From Escherichia phage D5505: a DNA stretch of 64,000 nt. Location: sequence record MK327929.1; one strand, given 5' to 3'. Below the pieces are notes generated by a model. The model saw nothing but the letters and a program-made list of their open reading frames with translations, did not search any database and was not told the DNA's origin. This document shows, piece by piece, positions 30,720-43,973 of the stretch. The first letter of the stretch is position 1. Each line of letters starts with the position of its first letter. The position numbers were made by a program, and so were the translations under genes.

Positions 30720-31069
30720 TTAGAAAGGTCCTGGATGTCTTCTGCGAACTTGTTGAAGGAGTTGTTGATTTGTTTTTCAACCAATCCTGGCTTACGAGCC
30801 ACCACATCCGCCTTCTTTGCATCTTTGCGGAGTTTTTCATTTTCACGCTCAATAGCAGCAATCGCCTCACGATTTTTATTATTCATCGCATCAATATAAT
30901 TATACTGAATTCGCAAATTATTTAATGCTAAGGCGTTTTCATTGGCCGTTTTTGTAATTTCTACAACAGACGTTTCTAATCTTTCAATTTTATTTTTTAA
31001 AATTAAAGAAGTTCCGCCTAATGCAATTACAATTAATAGCAAACCTGCTGTCGTATTACTTAATTGCAT
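30716..31069 (-). CDS. i-spanin (inner-membrane, T4 PseT.3-like)
   Basis: 117 aa; N-terminal TM helix then coiled-coil; overlaps the o-spanin gene. Confidence 0.65.
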   Translation of the reverse strand: MQLSNTTAGLLLIVIALGGTSLILKNKIERLETSVVEITKTANENALALNNLRIQYNYIDAMNNKNREAIAAIERENEKLRKDAKKADVVARKPGLVEKQINNSFNKFAEDIQDLSK

Positions 31070-31566
31070 AAAGTTTTAATAACCTCTATAATATCGTCTT
31101 GAGAAAGACCGTTAATTAAAATATGATGTTCAGCCGGAGATTTAGAAATTTTAAAGCATGCCTCAACATCTTCTGCCATATCCGATGCGCTACGATTTGG
31201 ATTACTAATTCCAAGACGATGTTTTCCCGTTAAAGGATTAACGATGATATAGCATTTACAGTTGTTAATATGAACATTAGGTTGAGTCTGATTAATGAAC
31301 ACATCGCAATCATATTTCGCAAGCTGATTTTCTAAAAAGACTTTCATCTCCTCAACCGCATCAGGAAGCATATCACGGGCTTGCTCAAGACGACGATTTC
31401 GATATTCTTTAATGGTCGTTTTCCGCTTGACTTGCTTAGCTAAATCTTTCTTAAGATCGGTGATATATCCAACTCGACGATTTCCTTTAAATACAGAAAT
31501 CCCATCTGTAGTATCACCGTATGCTTCAACGACCATTTCAGTAGTAATAAGCTGCAAATCCATCAT
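31060..31566 (-). CDS. alc: Alc, inhibitor of host transcription
   Basis: 168 aa, position between spanins and rnlA as in T4. Confidence 0.65.
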   Translation of the reverse strand: MMDLQLITTEMVVEAYGDTTDGISVFKGNRRVGYITDLKKDLAKQVKRKTTIKEYRNRRLEQARDMLPDAVEEMKVFLENQLAKYDCDVFINQTQPNVHINNCKCYIIVNPLTGKHRLGISNPNRSASDMAEDVEACFKISKSPAEHHILINGLSQDDIIEVIKTLCN

Positions 31567-31594
31567 AAAGTCCTCATGTTATGTCAGTAAGACT

Positions 31595-31624
31595 ACTATA
31601 ACACAACACGAGGGACTTGTAAAC
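31595..31624 (-). promoter_or_regulatory. early promoter, copy B of the 54-bp repeat
   Basis: identical to 15671-15700: GTTTACA - 17 nt - TATAGT. Confidence 0.55.
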
Positions 31625-31627
31625 AGC

Positions 31628-33215
<1,588 letters not shown>

Positions 33216-33225
33216 AATAAAATGG

Positions 33226-33241
33226 GCCTTGCGGCCCACTC
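33226..33241 (-). terminator. hairpin GGGCC-TTGC-GGCCC between nrdB and denA
   Basis: GC stem-loop. Confidence 0.4.
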
Positions 33242-33242
33242 C

Positions 33243-34421
33243 TTAAAAGTATTTTTTAAAACTCATCATAACTTTATCATCAACATCATTATCAATCTGT
33301 GCAACAAGATAAGATGACAGTTCTACTTCTTGTGGTGCTGATTGAACATTATCAGAATTAAGATATTCACGAATCCAAGGATATGGATGTTTAACCGGAG
33401 CATCGGTAATTGGGCATGGAAGACCACACTGTTTCATACGAGATACAGTTAAGTAATCAATAAAGCTCCACATGCTATTTGTATTTAATCCAGGAACATC
33501 GCCATCTTTAAATAAATGAACTGCCCAATCTTTTTCTTGGCGGTTAACTTCCATGAAAATATCAACTGCTTCTTGCTCGCACTCTTGAGCAATTTTAACC
33601 CATTCATCGCCATCAGTACCAGATTGAAGTTGACGAATAATATATTGTGTACCTTTAAGATGAAGCTGCTCATCACGTGCAATGAACTTCATAATCTTGG
33701 CATTACCTTCCATGATTTCCATGTTTTTATGGAAGTTAAAGGTACACGCAAAGGATACATAAAAACGAATAGCTTCTAATGCATTAATAACGTGCAAACA
33801 GAGGTAAAGAGATTTCATTAGCTCACGCTTCCAATATGTCTCATGCTCAATAGCATCTTCAATAACGTCTTCGTCTGCATTAATTTCTTTTTGGTATTCG
33901 ATATCAGCTTTAGCGTTTTCCCAATAACGAGTTTTAATCAGAACATCATCATAATAACGTCCAATGGATTCAGCACGTTTCATAATAGCTTCATCTAATA
34001 CAATTTCATCAAATACCTTCGATGGATCAGTATAAAGATTTCGCATGATATGAGTATATGAACGACTGTGAATAGTTTCACTAAAAGTCCATGTAGCAAC
34101 CCATGTATCAAGGCTTGGGTCTGAAATTAATGACATAAGTACAGCAGATGGCGCGCGACCCTGAATGCTATCTAAAAGTGATTGATACTTCAAGTTGTTA
34201 GTAAAAATATTTTGCTGATACTGAGGAAGCTTATTAAACTGTGCAGCATCCATCATCAAGTTTACTTCTTCAGGACGCCAGAAAAATGATAATTGCTTTT
34301 CGGTTAAATCTTCAAAAACTTTATGACGTTGAATATCATAACGCGCAATACCAAGACCTGAACCAAAAAACATAGGTTCTTTTAAAACATCAACTGGATT
34401 TGTATTAAAAACTGTGCTCAT
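33243..34421 (-). CDS. nrdB: ribonucleotide reductase small subunit, uninterrupted (no intron)
   Basis: 392-aa continuous ORF with di-iron/tyrosyl-radical R2 motifs. Confidence 0.9.
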   Translation of the reverse strand: MSTVFNTNPVDVLKEPMFFGSGLGIARYDIQRHKVFEDLTEKQLSFFWRPEEVNLMMDAAQFNKLPQYQQNIFTNNLKYQSLLDSIQGRAPSAVLMSLISDPSLDTWVATWTFSETIHSRSYTHIMRNLYTDPSKVFDEIVLDEAIMKRAESIGRYYDDVLIKTRYWENAKADIEYQKEINADEDVIEDAIEHETYWKRELMKSLYLCLHVINALEAIRFYVSFACTFNFHKNMEIMEGNAKIMKFIARDEQLHLKGTQYIIRQLQSGTDGDEWVKIAQECEQEAVDIFMEVNRQEKDWAVHLFKDGDVPGLNTNSMWSFIDYLTVSRMKQCGLPCPITDAPVKHPYPWIREYLNSDNVQSAPQEVELSSYLVAQIDNDVDDKVMMSFKKYF

Positions 34422-34472
34422 AAATTTTCCGCTTAGTTAATAGTTGGTGACTCGTCCGTGAGTCAAATTATA

Positions 34473-36737
34473 TCATAATTTACAGGATGAACAATCTTCA
34501 GCTTTTGGAGTTTCTATTTCATAATCATCAGTACCAGAACCATCGCGGGTATTATGATAATAGAAATTTTTTCCGCCAAAATACCAAAAATACAAAAGGT
34601 CATCAATCATTATTGACATTGGAACCTTGCCTTTAGGGAAGATTTGGGGGTCATAGTATGTATTCGCCGAAGCTGATTGACAAACCCATTTCAGCATAAT
34701 AGCTACCTGCGTAAGATAAGGTTTATTACCTTTCTTAGCTAATTTCCATGTATAGTCGTAAAGGTCTATGTTATGCTCAATATTGGGCACGACTTGATTA
34801 AAGGAGCCCTCTTTTGATTCTTTAACAGAGACTGGTCCACGTGGAGGCTCGATACCGTTTGTACTGTTAGATACCTGACTGGATGATTCGCAAGGCATCA
34901 ACGCGGATAAAGTAGAATTTCTAATTCCATGCTGTTTGAGTTCAGATCGAAGTTCGTCCCAATCACAAACGTATTTTGGAGCTGCGATTTGGTCAATCTT
35001 TTTATTGTACCAGTCAATAGGTAATTCGCCTCGAGACCAACGAGTGTCTGAATAATATTCGCAAGGTCCTTTTTCTTTGGCGAGTTTAATGGATGCTTTA
35101 ATGAGTCCATACTGTAATCTCTCAAATAGTTCATGTGTTAAATCGTTAGCATCTTCATAAGAAGCAAAGTTACTTGCCAGCCAAGCTGCATAGTTAGTAA
35201 CACCTACACCGAGGTTACGACGCTTTTTAGCTTTTTCTGCTTCAGGAACTGGATATCCTTGGTAATCCAAAAGATTATCAAGAGCACGAACTTGAACTTC
35301 TGCCAATTCATTAATTTTATCTTGGTCTTGCCAGTCAAAATTATCTAGTACGAATGCAGAGAGAGTACACAATCCAATTTCAGCATCAGGACTATTCACA
35401 TCATTTGTTGGAATAGCAATTTCACAACACAAGTTACTCTGACGAATAGGCGCCTTTTCACGAATAAACGGAGTATAGTTATTCGTATTATCAATGAACT
35501 GCACATAAATCCTTGCGGTTCCTGAACGTTCAGTCATGAGCAATTCAAATAGTTCACGGGCTTTAATACGCTTTTTACGAATATTAGGGTCTTTTTCTGC
35601 TGCTTCGTATAATTCACGGAAACGGTTTTGGTCTTTAAAATAAGAATAATAAAGCTCGCCACCCATTTCATGTGGACTGAACAAAGTAATGTAATCGTTC
35701 TTTCCGAATCGTTCCATCATCAAATCATTCAGTTGAACACCATAATCCATATGACGAATGCGGTTTTCTTCTACGCCTTTGTTATTTTTCAAAACGAGAA
35801 GATTTTCAACTTCCAAATGCCAAATAGGATAATAAGCAGTAGCAGCGCCGCCACGAATTCCGCCCTGTGAGCATGATTTAACAGCAGTCTGAAAATGTTT
35901 CCAAAAAGGAATAACACCAGTATGACGCACTTCACCCATGCCAATCTTAGAACCTTCGGCACGAATCATACCAACGTTAATACCAATTCCAGCACGTTTG
36001 GAGATATATTCAACAATTGAAGCAGAAGCCTTATTAATAGACTTTAATGAATCACCTGCCTCAATAACAACGCATGAACTAAACTGCCGAGTTGGAGTAC
36101 GGCAACCAGCCATAATAGGAGTTGGTAATGAAATCTGTCGAGTAGATACTGCTTCATAAAAACGAATAACATGTTTTAATCTATCAACAGGTTCATCTTG
36201 ATGCAATGCCATTCCAATAGTCATAAATGCAAACTGTGGAGTTTCATAAATTTGACCAGTGGTTTTATCTTTAACTAGATATTTTTCTTTTAATTGCATC
36301 GCCCCGGAATAAGTAAATTCCATATCCCGTTCGTGCTTAATTTTTGATTCTAAAAATGTAATTTCTTCTGCTGAATATTTTGACAACAGTTCAGGGTCGT
36401 ATTTACCTTCATTTACACAGTAAGAAATATGGTCAATAAATGAACGCGGTTCATACTGCCCATAAACATGCTTACGAAGAGCGAACATTAGACAACGTGC
36501 AGCTACATATTGATAATCAGGCTCTTCAACCGAAATAGAATTCGCAGCGGCCTTAATGACAATAGTCTGAATATCATCAGTTGTCATTCCATCACGGAGA
36601 TAAGATTTAATATTTTCATATAATTCATAAGGATCTACTGATGTTCCCTCAGCTGCCCAAGATAAAACTTTAATAATTTTTTGTGGGTCAAAGCTCTGAG
36701 AAACACCACTACTTTTGATAACATTAATTAATTGCAT
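34473..36737 (-). CDS. nrdA: ribonucleotide reductase large subunit
   Basis: 754 aa; class I RNR active-site region ...NLCCEIAIPT... Confidence 0.9.
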   Translation of the reverse strand: MQLINVIKSSGVSQSFDPQKIIKVLSWAAEGTSVDPYELYENIKSYLRDGMTTDDIQTIVIKAAANSISVEEPDYQYVAARCLMFALRKHVYGQYEPRSFIDHISYCVNEGKYDPELLSKYSAEEITFLESKIKHERDMEFTYSGAMQLKEKYLVKDKTTGQIYETPQFAFMTIGMALHQDEPVDRLKHVIRFYEAVSTRQISLPTPIMAGCRTPTRQFSSCVVIEAGDSLKSINKASASIVEYISKRAGIGINVGMIRAEGSKIGMGEVRHTGVIPFWKHFQTAVKSCSQGGIRGGAATAYYPIWHLEVENLLVLKNNKGVEENRIRHMDYGVQLNDLMMERFGKNDYITLFSPHEMGGELYYSYFKDQNRFRELYEAAEKDPNIRKKRIKARELFELLMTERSGTARIYVQFIDNTNNYTPFIREKAPIRQSNLCCEIAIPTNDVNSPDAEIGLCTLSAFVLDNFDWQDQDKINELAEVQVRALDNLLDYQGYPVPEAEKAKKRRNLGVGVTNYAAWLASNFASYEDANDLTHELFERLQYGLIKASIKLAKEKGPCEYYSDTRWSRGELPIDWYNKKIDQIAAPKYVCDWDELRSELKQHGIRNSTLSALMPCESSSQVSNSTNGIEPPRGPVSVKESKEGSFNQVVPNIEHNIDLYDYTWKLAKKGNKPYLTQVAIMLKWVCQSASANTYYDPQIFPKGKVPMSIMIDDLLYFWYFGGKNFYYHNTRDGSGTDDYEIETPKAEDCSSCKL

Positions 36738-37054
36738 AAGTCCTCAACTTGAAAATCGTCTTTAAACAATCGGTTAACTATATGAGCTATTATATCACCA
36801 TGGCACGGCTTTGGTTTACATGTGCATCCTAGCCTCATTCCACGTAAAGGCTCTAAATGTGCTTTAGTTATTTCTCCGGATTTAATTCGACGTATAAAAT
36901 CTTTTTTGAATAATTCAATGGCAGCCTCCCGGCTGCCAGCATCTTTACCGACGTAATTTCCCCAAAATGTACCACGGTGAATATTCACATCAAAGTCGGA
37001 TTTGTATTTATTCACTACCCGACATAGACGGCCCGCGCGGTGATAATTCGGCAT
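36728..37054 (-). CDS. hypothetical Cys/His-motif protein (nrdA.1 position)
   Basis: 108 aa; [12 protein letters not shown] motif. Confidence 0.5.
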   Translation of the reverse strand: MPNYHRAGRLCRVVNKYKSDFDVNIHRGTFWGNYVGKDAGSREAAIELFKKDFIRRIKSGEITKAHLEPLRGMRLGCTCKPKPCHGDIIAHIVNRLFKDDFQVEDLCN

Positions 37055-37271
37055 ATTGTTTTTCCGTTAAAACAGTAATATCGTAGTAACAGTCAGAAGA
37101 AGTTTTAACTGTGGAAATTTTATTATCAAAATACTCACGAGTCATTTTATGAGTATAATATTTTTTGCCATAAATGATAATAGGCTGATTTGGTCCTGGA
37201 ACTTCTAACTCACTTGGGTTAGGAAGTGTAAAAAGAACTACACCAGAAGTATCTTTAAATCGTAAAATCAT
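37008..37271 (-). CDS. hypothetical protein (nrdA.2 position)
   Basis: 87-aa ORF. Confidence 0.45.
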   Translation of the reverse strand: MILRFKDTSGVVLFTLPNPSELEVPGPNQPIIIYGKKYYTHKMTREYFDNKISTVKTSSDCYYDITVLTEKQYAELSPRGPSMSGSE

Positions 37272-37294
37272 AAATCCTCACAATTAAATTAAAA

Positions 37295-37606
37295 TTACAC
37301 CGCCATTTTTCCTTTCAAGACGCCGTGGGACTGATAATCTTTGAGAACGAAATCTTTAGGCCTGAGTTTAAGAATGTATTCCAATTGTTCTTTAGTAGAA
37401 AGATAGCGGAATTTATAAGGCAATCCGCCTATTACCAGTTCACAAAGCTCTTTAGGTTCACGACGCAAAATTTCTTTACATTGTTCTACGTGATTCATAT
37501 AGATATGAGTATTACCACCGGAAAATATCAAATATCCCGGAATAAGATTACACATCTTAGCTACAATATGAACTAACGTAGCATATGATGCAATATTAAA
37601 TGGAAG
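37295..37606 (-). CDS. td: thymidylate synthase, exon 2
   Basis: begins CTT CCA TTT (LPFNIAS...) right after intron terminal G at 37607; exon1+exon2 = 286 aa. Confidence 0.85.
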   Translation of the reverse strand, partial: LPFNIASYATLVHIVAKMCNLIPGYLIFSGGNTHIYMNHVEQCKEILRREPKELCELVIGGLPYKFRYLSTKEQLEYILKLRPKDFVLKDYQSHGVLKGKMAV

Positions 37607-38622
37607 CATTATGTTCAGATAAGGTCGTTAATCTTACCCCGGAATTATATCCAGCTGCATGTCACCATGCAGATCAGACTATATCTCCAACTTGTTAAAG
37701 CAAGTTGTCTATCGTTTCGAGTCACTTGACCCTACTCCCCAAAGGGATAGTCGTTAGGCATTTATGTAGAACCAATTCCATTTATCAGATTTTACACGAT
37801 AAGTAACTAATCCAGACGAAATTTTAAAATGTCTAGCTGCATCTGCTGCACAATCAAAAATAACCCCATCACATGAAATCTTTTTAATATTACTAGGCTT
37901 TTTACCTTTCATCTTTTCTGATATTTTAGATTTAGTTATGTCTGAATGCTTATGATTAAAGAATGAATTATTTTCACCTGAACGATTTCTGCATTTACTA
38001 CAAGTATAAGCAGAAGTTTGTATGCGAACACCGCACTTACAAAACTTATGGGTTTCTGGATTCCAACGCCCGTTTTTACTTCCGGGTTTACTGTAAAGAG
38101 CTTTCCGACCATCAGGTCCAAGTTTAAGCATCTTAGCTTTAACAGTTTCAGAACGTTTCTTAATAATTTCTTCTTTTAATGGATGCGTAGAACATGTATC
38201 ACCAAACGTTGCGTCAGCAATATTGTATCCATTAATTTTAGAATTAAGCTCTTTAATCCAAAAATTTTCTCGTTCAATAATCAAATCTTTCTCATATGGA
38301 ATTTCTTCCAAAATAGAACATTCAAACACATTACCATGTTTGTTAAAAGACCTCTGAAGCTTTATAGAAGAATGGCATCCTTTTTCTAAATCTTTAAAAT
38401 GCCTCTTCCATCTCTTTTCAAAATCTTTAGCACTTCCTACATATACTTTATTGTTTAAAGTATTTTTAATCTGATAAATTCCGCTTTTCATAAATACCTC
38501 TTTAAATATAGAAGTATTTATTAAAGGGCAGTCCTACAATTTAGCACGGGATTGTCTACTAGAGAGGTTCCCCGTTTAGATAGATTACAAGTATAAGTCA
38601 CCTTATACTCAGGCCTCAATTA
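37607..38622 (-). mobile_element. group I self-splicing intron of td (1016 nt) carrying I-TevI
   Basis: 5' junction TTGGGT|TAATTGAGGCCTGAGTATAAGG..., 3' junction ...CATAATG|CTTCCA; matches remembered T4 td intron. Confidence 0.85.
37754..38491 (-). CDS. I-TevI: I-TevI GIY-YIG homing endonuclease (intron-encoded)
   Basis: 245 aa; N-terminal GIYQIKN...KVYVGS GIY-YIG motif; C-terminal Zn finger/HTH region. Confidence 0.9.
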   Translation of the reverse strand: MKSGIYQIKNTLNNKVYVGSAKDFEKRWKRHFKDLEKGCHSSIKLQRSFNKHGNVFECSILEEIPYEKDLIIERENFWIKELNSKINGYNIADATFGDTCSTHPLKEEIIKKRSETVKAKMLKLGPDGRKALYSKPGSKNGRWNPETHKFCKCGVRIQTSAYTCSKCRNRSGENNSFFNHKHSDITKSKISEKMKGKKPSNIKKISCDGVIFDCAADAARHFKISSGLVTYRVKSDKWNWFYINA

Positions 38623-39170
38623 ACCCAAGAAAACATCTACTGATCGTTGATACCACTGCAAATCCAAATAGCCATTACGCACATTAAACTGATAGAACAT
38701 ATGACAAGGCGGTAATGCCATCTGCTTGAGTTCAGCTGGATTCCATGCTGAAACAATTTGACGCCTATCATTTGGCAGTTTTTTAATACGATCAATAACT
38801 TCTATAATTTGGTCTACACCACCAAAATCACGCCACTGTTTTCCATAAATTGGACCAAGTTCACCGCTATGGTATCCTAAATCTTTTGCTTGATTTTCGT
38901 AATTTTCATCCCAAACTGTTTTGCCTTGGATTAACGAATCATGTTGAATTAATCGCAAATCATTGACATTTGTGCTTCCCGATAAAAACCAAAGCAGCTC
39001 AGCAATGCAAGCTTTCCAGGCGAGCTTCTTAGTTGTTACTGCAGGAAAACCTTTAGTTAAATCCCAGCGTAATTTAGTACCGAACAAAGCAATTGTTCCT
39101 GTGCCTGTTCGGTCATCGGTTTCGTAGCCATTTTCCAGGATATCTTTAATTAAAAATTGGTATTGTTTCA

Positions 39171-39171
<1 letters not shown>
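38623..39171 (-). CDS. td: thymidylate synthase, exon 1
   Basis: from ATG 39171 (MKQYQF...), ends ...VDVFLG at the 5' splice site. Confidence 0.85.
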
Positions 39172-40200
<1,029 letters not shown>

Positions 40201-40211
40201 ATTATCTCCTA

Positions 40212-40544
40212 TTAAAAAGGATCAGGAACATATCCGCTAGCTTTAATCATTTTAATTAACGTTAACATTCCTTTGTTAACTGCTCGTGAGATTTCATCAA
40301 AAACTTCATCACTAAAAAGTTCTAACACGCCCTTCTGAACTTTTAATTTACAGCCAACAATTTCGTCATCTCCTATAGTAAATTCGCTTCCGCCAATTCC
40401 GCCGAAAAACTTAATTACGCCAGTTAACTGTCTTCCACGAGAATATGGGTCGTGTGATAAAGTAATATGAGTCACCCCAGGTACAGTTTTAAATTGGCAG
40501 CGGATGTTTACTTGAGCAATTCCAGTTACATGAATGTCAGACAT
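40212..40544 (-). CDS. hypothetical protein
   Basis: 110-aa ORF. Confidence 0.45.
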   Translation of the reverse strand: MSDIHVTGIAQVNIRCQFKTVPGVTHITLSHDPYSRGRQLTGVIKFFGGIGGSEFTIGDDEIVGCKLKVQKGVLELFSDEVFDEISRAVNKGMLTLIKMIKASGYVPDPF

Positions 40545-40554
40545 ATTATTTTCC

Positions 40555-40797
40555 TCAAACAGACTTTTTCACAATTTTCCAATCAGCTTTAAACTGATCA
40601 ACATCAGAATGATAAATCCAGAATCCTGCGCTTTCTCCGTCTTCATAAAGAGGACATCCATCGCATTCATCTTCCCACCCCATATCGCGTAAAAGATGTT
40701 CAGCTTTTTCAACAAGCCCAGAATCTTTACCGATGATATTAAAATACCATTTACCTTTAACTTCTGAATCTTTGATGCTCTGGCGTTGTAATCTCAT
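40555..40797 (-). CDS. hypothetical protein
   Basis: 80-aa ORF. Confidence 0.45.
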   Translation of the reverse strand: MRLQRQSIKDSEVKGKWYFNIIGKDSGLVEKAEHLLRDMGWEDECDGCPLYEDGESAGFWIYHSDVDQFKADWKIVKKSV

Positions 40798-40807
40798 TTT
40801 ATTCTCC

Positions 40808-40876
40808 TTAGCAAGCTTTAATCAAAAGATATAAACAGACCAACATAACTGCTGCCATAATATAAGGTGCGAACAT
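40808..40876 (-). CDS. possible 22-aa hydrophobic peptide
   Basis: ATG with GGAG SD 9 nt upstream, directly downstream of an early promoter; MFAPYIMAAVMLVCLYLLIKAC. Confidence 0.25.
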   Translation of the reverse strand: MFAPYIMAAVMLVCLYLLIKAC

Positions 40877-40935
40877 TTTCTTTTCTCCATTAGTTTTGAT
40901 AGGGTAATAGTATCACACTACTACCCTTCTGTAAA

Positions 40936-41301
40936 CTACTTTTTGAAAGTTTTTCGCAAAAGTTCAATGATTTCATCTACATTGTTTTCGTCAACAATGC
41001 AGTGAATTTTTGTTACGCCAGAAACTTTGTCTTTGACTTCATCTTCTTCAGAAGTCGGTTCTTTATACTCACGAAAACAATGAAATTCGTCTTCACAAAC
41101 GTTAAAGTAAAAATGCTTTCCATTTGCGCATTCAATGTGTTTTATTACTCTAAATCCATCAACAAAGAAAGCTTCTTTAACTTCAAACCATCCGCCATTT
41201 TCTTGAATAATTTTAACTATCGATGAATTAGAACGTGGGCGATAATTAATAAATGTATCAATAAGTCTTGGAACAAGCTCATACTTTTTGCCAATATACA
41301 T
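40936..41301 (-). CDS. hypothetical protein
   Basis: 121-aa ORF with ATG. Confidence 0.45.
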   Translation of the reverse strand: MYIGKKYELVPRLIDTFINYRPRSNSSIVKIIQENGGWFEVKEAFFVDGFRVIKHIECANGKHFYFNVCEDEFHCFREYKEPTSEEDEVKDKVSGVTKIHCIVDENNVDEIIELLRKTFKK

Positions 41302-41346
41302 TACGTTTTCCTCATTTTAACGGGGCTTGTAATAGCCCCTTGATAA

Positions 41347-41577
41347 TTATTGTTCAATCAATCCCATGTAAAATTCTGCGTCTTCAGAATCCATACCATC
41401 ACAATATTCATTAGCCATAAAGCGGGTGAGGTCTTCAAGAGGACCTTCAATGACAATAGAAAAATTGCAATAATTGGGATCATCGTGAATACTTGTGATA
41501 CTAAGTTCAGGATAACGATTACGAATAATTTCTTCAATATATTCAAAATCAACGATGTCAATATCAACTTTAGCCAT
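41347..41577 (-). CDS. hypothetical acidic protein
   Basis: 76 aa from ATG with AGAGGA SD; track ORF extends upstream through the promoter. Confidence 0.45.
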   Translation of the reverse strand: MAKVDIDIVDFEYIEEIIRNRYPELSITSIHDDPNYCNFSIVIEGPLEDLTRFMANEYCDGMDSEDAEFYMGLIEQ

Positions 41578-41622
41578 ATTATTTTCCTCTTTAATTATCA
41601 GCAGTATTGCCGATAGTTGTAT

Positions 41623-41652
41623 AGTACCATGGAAGGACAAGGATGTAAACAG
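41623..41652 (-). promoter_or_regulatory. early promoter GTTTACA - 17 nt - TACTAT with conserved A/T upstream element
   Basis: near-identical cassettes at 58483-58512 and 62138-62167. Confidence 0.5.
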
Positions 41653-41682
41653 TTTTGTGAAAAAATTTTTGAAATAAAAAGG

Positions 41683-41701
41683 GGACCTCTAGGGTCCCCA
41701 A
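41683..41701 (-). terminator. hairpin GGGGACC-TCTAG-GGTCCCC downstream of gene 32
   Basis: 7-bp GC stem. Confidence 0.5.
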
Positions 41702-41721
41702 TTAATTAGTAATATAATCTG

Positions 41722-42630
41722 TTAAAGGTCATTCAAAAGGTCATCTAGATCCGTGTCATCAGCACTAGATGAACTGCCAGAGCTTGAGCTCATAAAATCA
41801 TCTTCAGTTTTTGTTTTGAAGTCATCAACATTGAATGCATCCAAATCATCAGCAACTTTATCAGCTTTCTTAGCGGCAGTTGCAGCGGCACCACCCATTG
41901 CAGCAGTTCCCATAACTTGACTGAACTTAGTGCTCAGTTCTTCAAATGATTTGAATTTATCTTTAGAAGTCATTTCAGAAAGGTCAACCATTTGTTCGAA
42001 CAGTTCTTTCTGGAAAGATTCATCGTCAATGTTTGGAATCGCAGATTGATTCAGGAATTTAGATTCGTCGTAGTTACTAAAACCAGAAACTTGTTTAACT
42101 TTCAGTACAAAGTTAGCACCTTCCCACGGACAAGTTACATCAACCGGAGTTTCACCCATTTCAACATCAACTGCAATCATTGCATTGATTTTATCCCAGA
42201 TTTTCTTACCGAAACGATATTTAAATACTTTACCTTCGTTTTCTGGAGCAGCTGGGTCTTTTACAACAAGAATGTTAGCCCAGTAAGAAGTTTTACGTTT
42301 AACAAGACTGTACTCTTTATTGTCAGTGTTGTACAGATCATTTTTACTGATGTACTGACATACTGGGCAAGAATCGTAATCACCGTGGGTAGATGAGCAA
42401 TTTTCGATATACCATTTACCGTTTTTCTTGAAACCGTGATTTACAAGAATTGCGAATGGTGCTTGTTCATCATTTTTAGACGGAAGAAAACGAATTACTG
42501 CTTGACCGTTACCCGCATTATCGAGTTTCAGTTTCCACTCGCCTTTATCTTCAGAAGAAAAACCACCTTTATTTCCAGCCAGTTTAGCCATTTGTGCAGC
42601 GAGTTCAGCAGTAGATTTACGTTTAAACAT
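41722..42630 (-). CDS. 32: gp32 single-stranded DNA-binding protein
   Basis: 302 aa; Zn-binding Cys/His cluster, acidic Ser/Asp-rich C-terminus. Confidence 0.9.
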   Translation of the reverse strand: MFKRKSTAELAAQMAKLAGNKGGFSSEDKGEWKLKLDNAGNGQAVIRFLPSKNDEQAPFAILVNHGFKKNGKWYIENCSSTHGDYDSCPVCQYISKNDLYNTDNKEYSLVKRKTSYWANILVVKDPAAPENEGKVFKYRFGKKIWDKINAMIAVDVEMGETPVDVTCPWEGANFVLKVKQVSGFSNYDESKFLNQSAIPNIDDESFQKELFEQMVDLSEMTSKDKFKSFEELSTKFSQVMGTAAMGGAAATAAKKADKVADDLDAFNVDDFKTKTEDDFMSSSSGSSSSADDTDLDDLLNDL

Positions 42631-42713
42631 TTTTATTTCCTTTTTAATTTAATTAACAGTTGGTGCTATGACGATGTATGACCTCATAGCTGGTCAGTGA
42701 GATAATTATAATC

Positions 42714-42721
42714 TATTTATA
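42714..42721 (-). promoter_or_regulatory. late promoter TATAAATA upstream of gene 32
   Basis: plus TATTTATA in the 32-59 intergenic region. Confidence 0.4.
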
Positions 42722-42729
42722 ATAAGCAA

Positions 42730-43383
42730 TTAATACTTGCAAGATTTCACAGTTTCAATGAAAACATTTTTAGCTTTCTGTGAATCAATATTTAAAATTT
42801 TTCTATAAGCTTTTAACTTTATAGAATAATTGTTCCAAACTAAATTATCAGTCTGTTCATCATGTTTATCGATTATATTTAAAAACGAATCAAGCAAGAT
42901 AAACGTCTCAAACGAAATTATATTCGATTGAAGTAGTTTAAAAATATAACTCGACTGAACTTTTGGATTATACTCAAAGATTTCTTTAAAAGCAGAAACT
43001 TCAACTTTTTTACTAAAATAATAGATATTCCTAATATCTTCTTCAAACTTAAATTTAATTTGCTTTAAGCGTCCGATATATTCACGATAAAATACTAATG
43101 CATCAGCGTCAGAGATATCACCAATCCAAGCATCTTGGTTAGCTACAAGATTGCTAATAAAAATTAAAGTTAATTCTTTTAATTTATACTTTTCTGATAG
43201 CTTTTGGAAAAAATACTTATCCCTTCGCTTTTGATAAGCGGCATCAGACACCCGCATGCACCAATTATACTTAATAACATCATACTTTCCATTCATATGT
43301 TGTTTTATCATTAAGTATAATTTATAAACTGATTTACCATCAATGTATCTTTCACCATCAGCAGGCATGCGGAGTTTAATCAT
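42730..43383 (-). CDS. 59: gp59 helicase loader
   Basis: 217 aa, synteny and length. Confidence 0.85.
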   Translation of the reverse strand: MIKLRMPADGERYIDGKSVYKLYLMIKQHMNGKYDVIKYNWCMRVSDAAYQKRRDKYFFQKLSEKYKLKELTLIFISNLVANQDAWIGDISDADALVFYREYIGRLKQIKFKFEEDIRNIYYFSKKVEVSAFKEIFEYNPKVQSSYIFKLLQSNIISFETFILLDSFLNIIDKHDEQTDNLVWNNYSIKLKAYRKILNIDSQKAKNVFIETVKSCKY

Positions 43384-43718
43384 AGTAGAAAATCTAATGT
43401 ATTAGTTTTTTCACAACGAACAACAGAAGGACGTAAAAGATTTTCGTCAATGGCTTCTGACTGAATTTTTTCAATTATACCCGAAGGAATAAATTTAGCA
43501 AATTGAGTTTCAGGAATAGAGTTTTCTTCCAAAAATGCTGTTGTAGCTTCAAGATAACTCATTCCAAATTCTTCTACCATTTTTTCAATAATAAATCCAT
43601 TTTCTTGACGATCAAGAAGCTTTGCTATTTCATCCTTTTCTTTCTTGATTGAAAGTTCTTTTTCTGAAAGACCGGTCTCATCGACCGGACGAATATCATT
43701 TAGAGAAAACTGTGTCAT
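43380..43718 (-). CDS. 33: gp33 late transcription co-activator
   Basis: 112 aa from MTQFSLNDI. Confidence 0.8.
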   Translation of the reverse strand: MTQFSLNDIRPVDETGLSEKELSIKKEKDEIAKLLDRQENGFIIEKMVEEFGMSYLEATTAFLEENSIPETQFAKFIPSGIIEKIQSEAIDENLLRPSVVRCEKTNTLDFLL

Positions 43719-43965
43719 AAAGTTCAACTACCTCTTCAGTTTCAGCTTCAAACACATCACGGTTATCTTTATGATACAAAGCTAATAGACGATTAAACAT
43801 CTTACCATCAACGCCAAGTTCATCTTTGGCACGAATTCGAATATCTTTAATCAGTTCATTATAACCGGAAATTTTCAGTTTATGATCAGATGCTTCTTTA
43901 ATAAATTTAGCCAAGTCTTCGCCATGGATAGCTTCATCAAATTCAACCATTTCTTTTTTAGCCAT
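43696..43965 (-). CDS. dsbA: DsbA double-stranded DNA binding protein
   Basis: 89 aa, synteny. Confidence 0.7.
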   Translation of the reverse strand: MAKKEMVEFDEAIHGEDLAKFIKEASDHKLKISGYNELIKDIRIRAKDELGVDGKMFNRLLALYHKDNRDVFEAETEEVVELYDTVFSK

Positions 43966-43973
43966 TATTCACC

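Noticed and set aside
33243-34421. Expected group I intron with I-TevIII in nrdB (as in T4)
   Set aside because: nrdB is a single uninterrupted 392-codon ORF here; no intron-like GC-rich insert or endonuclease ORF is present.
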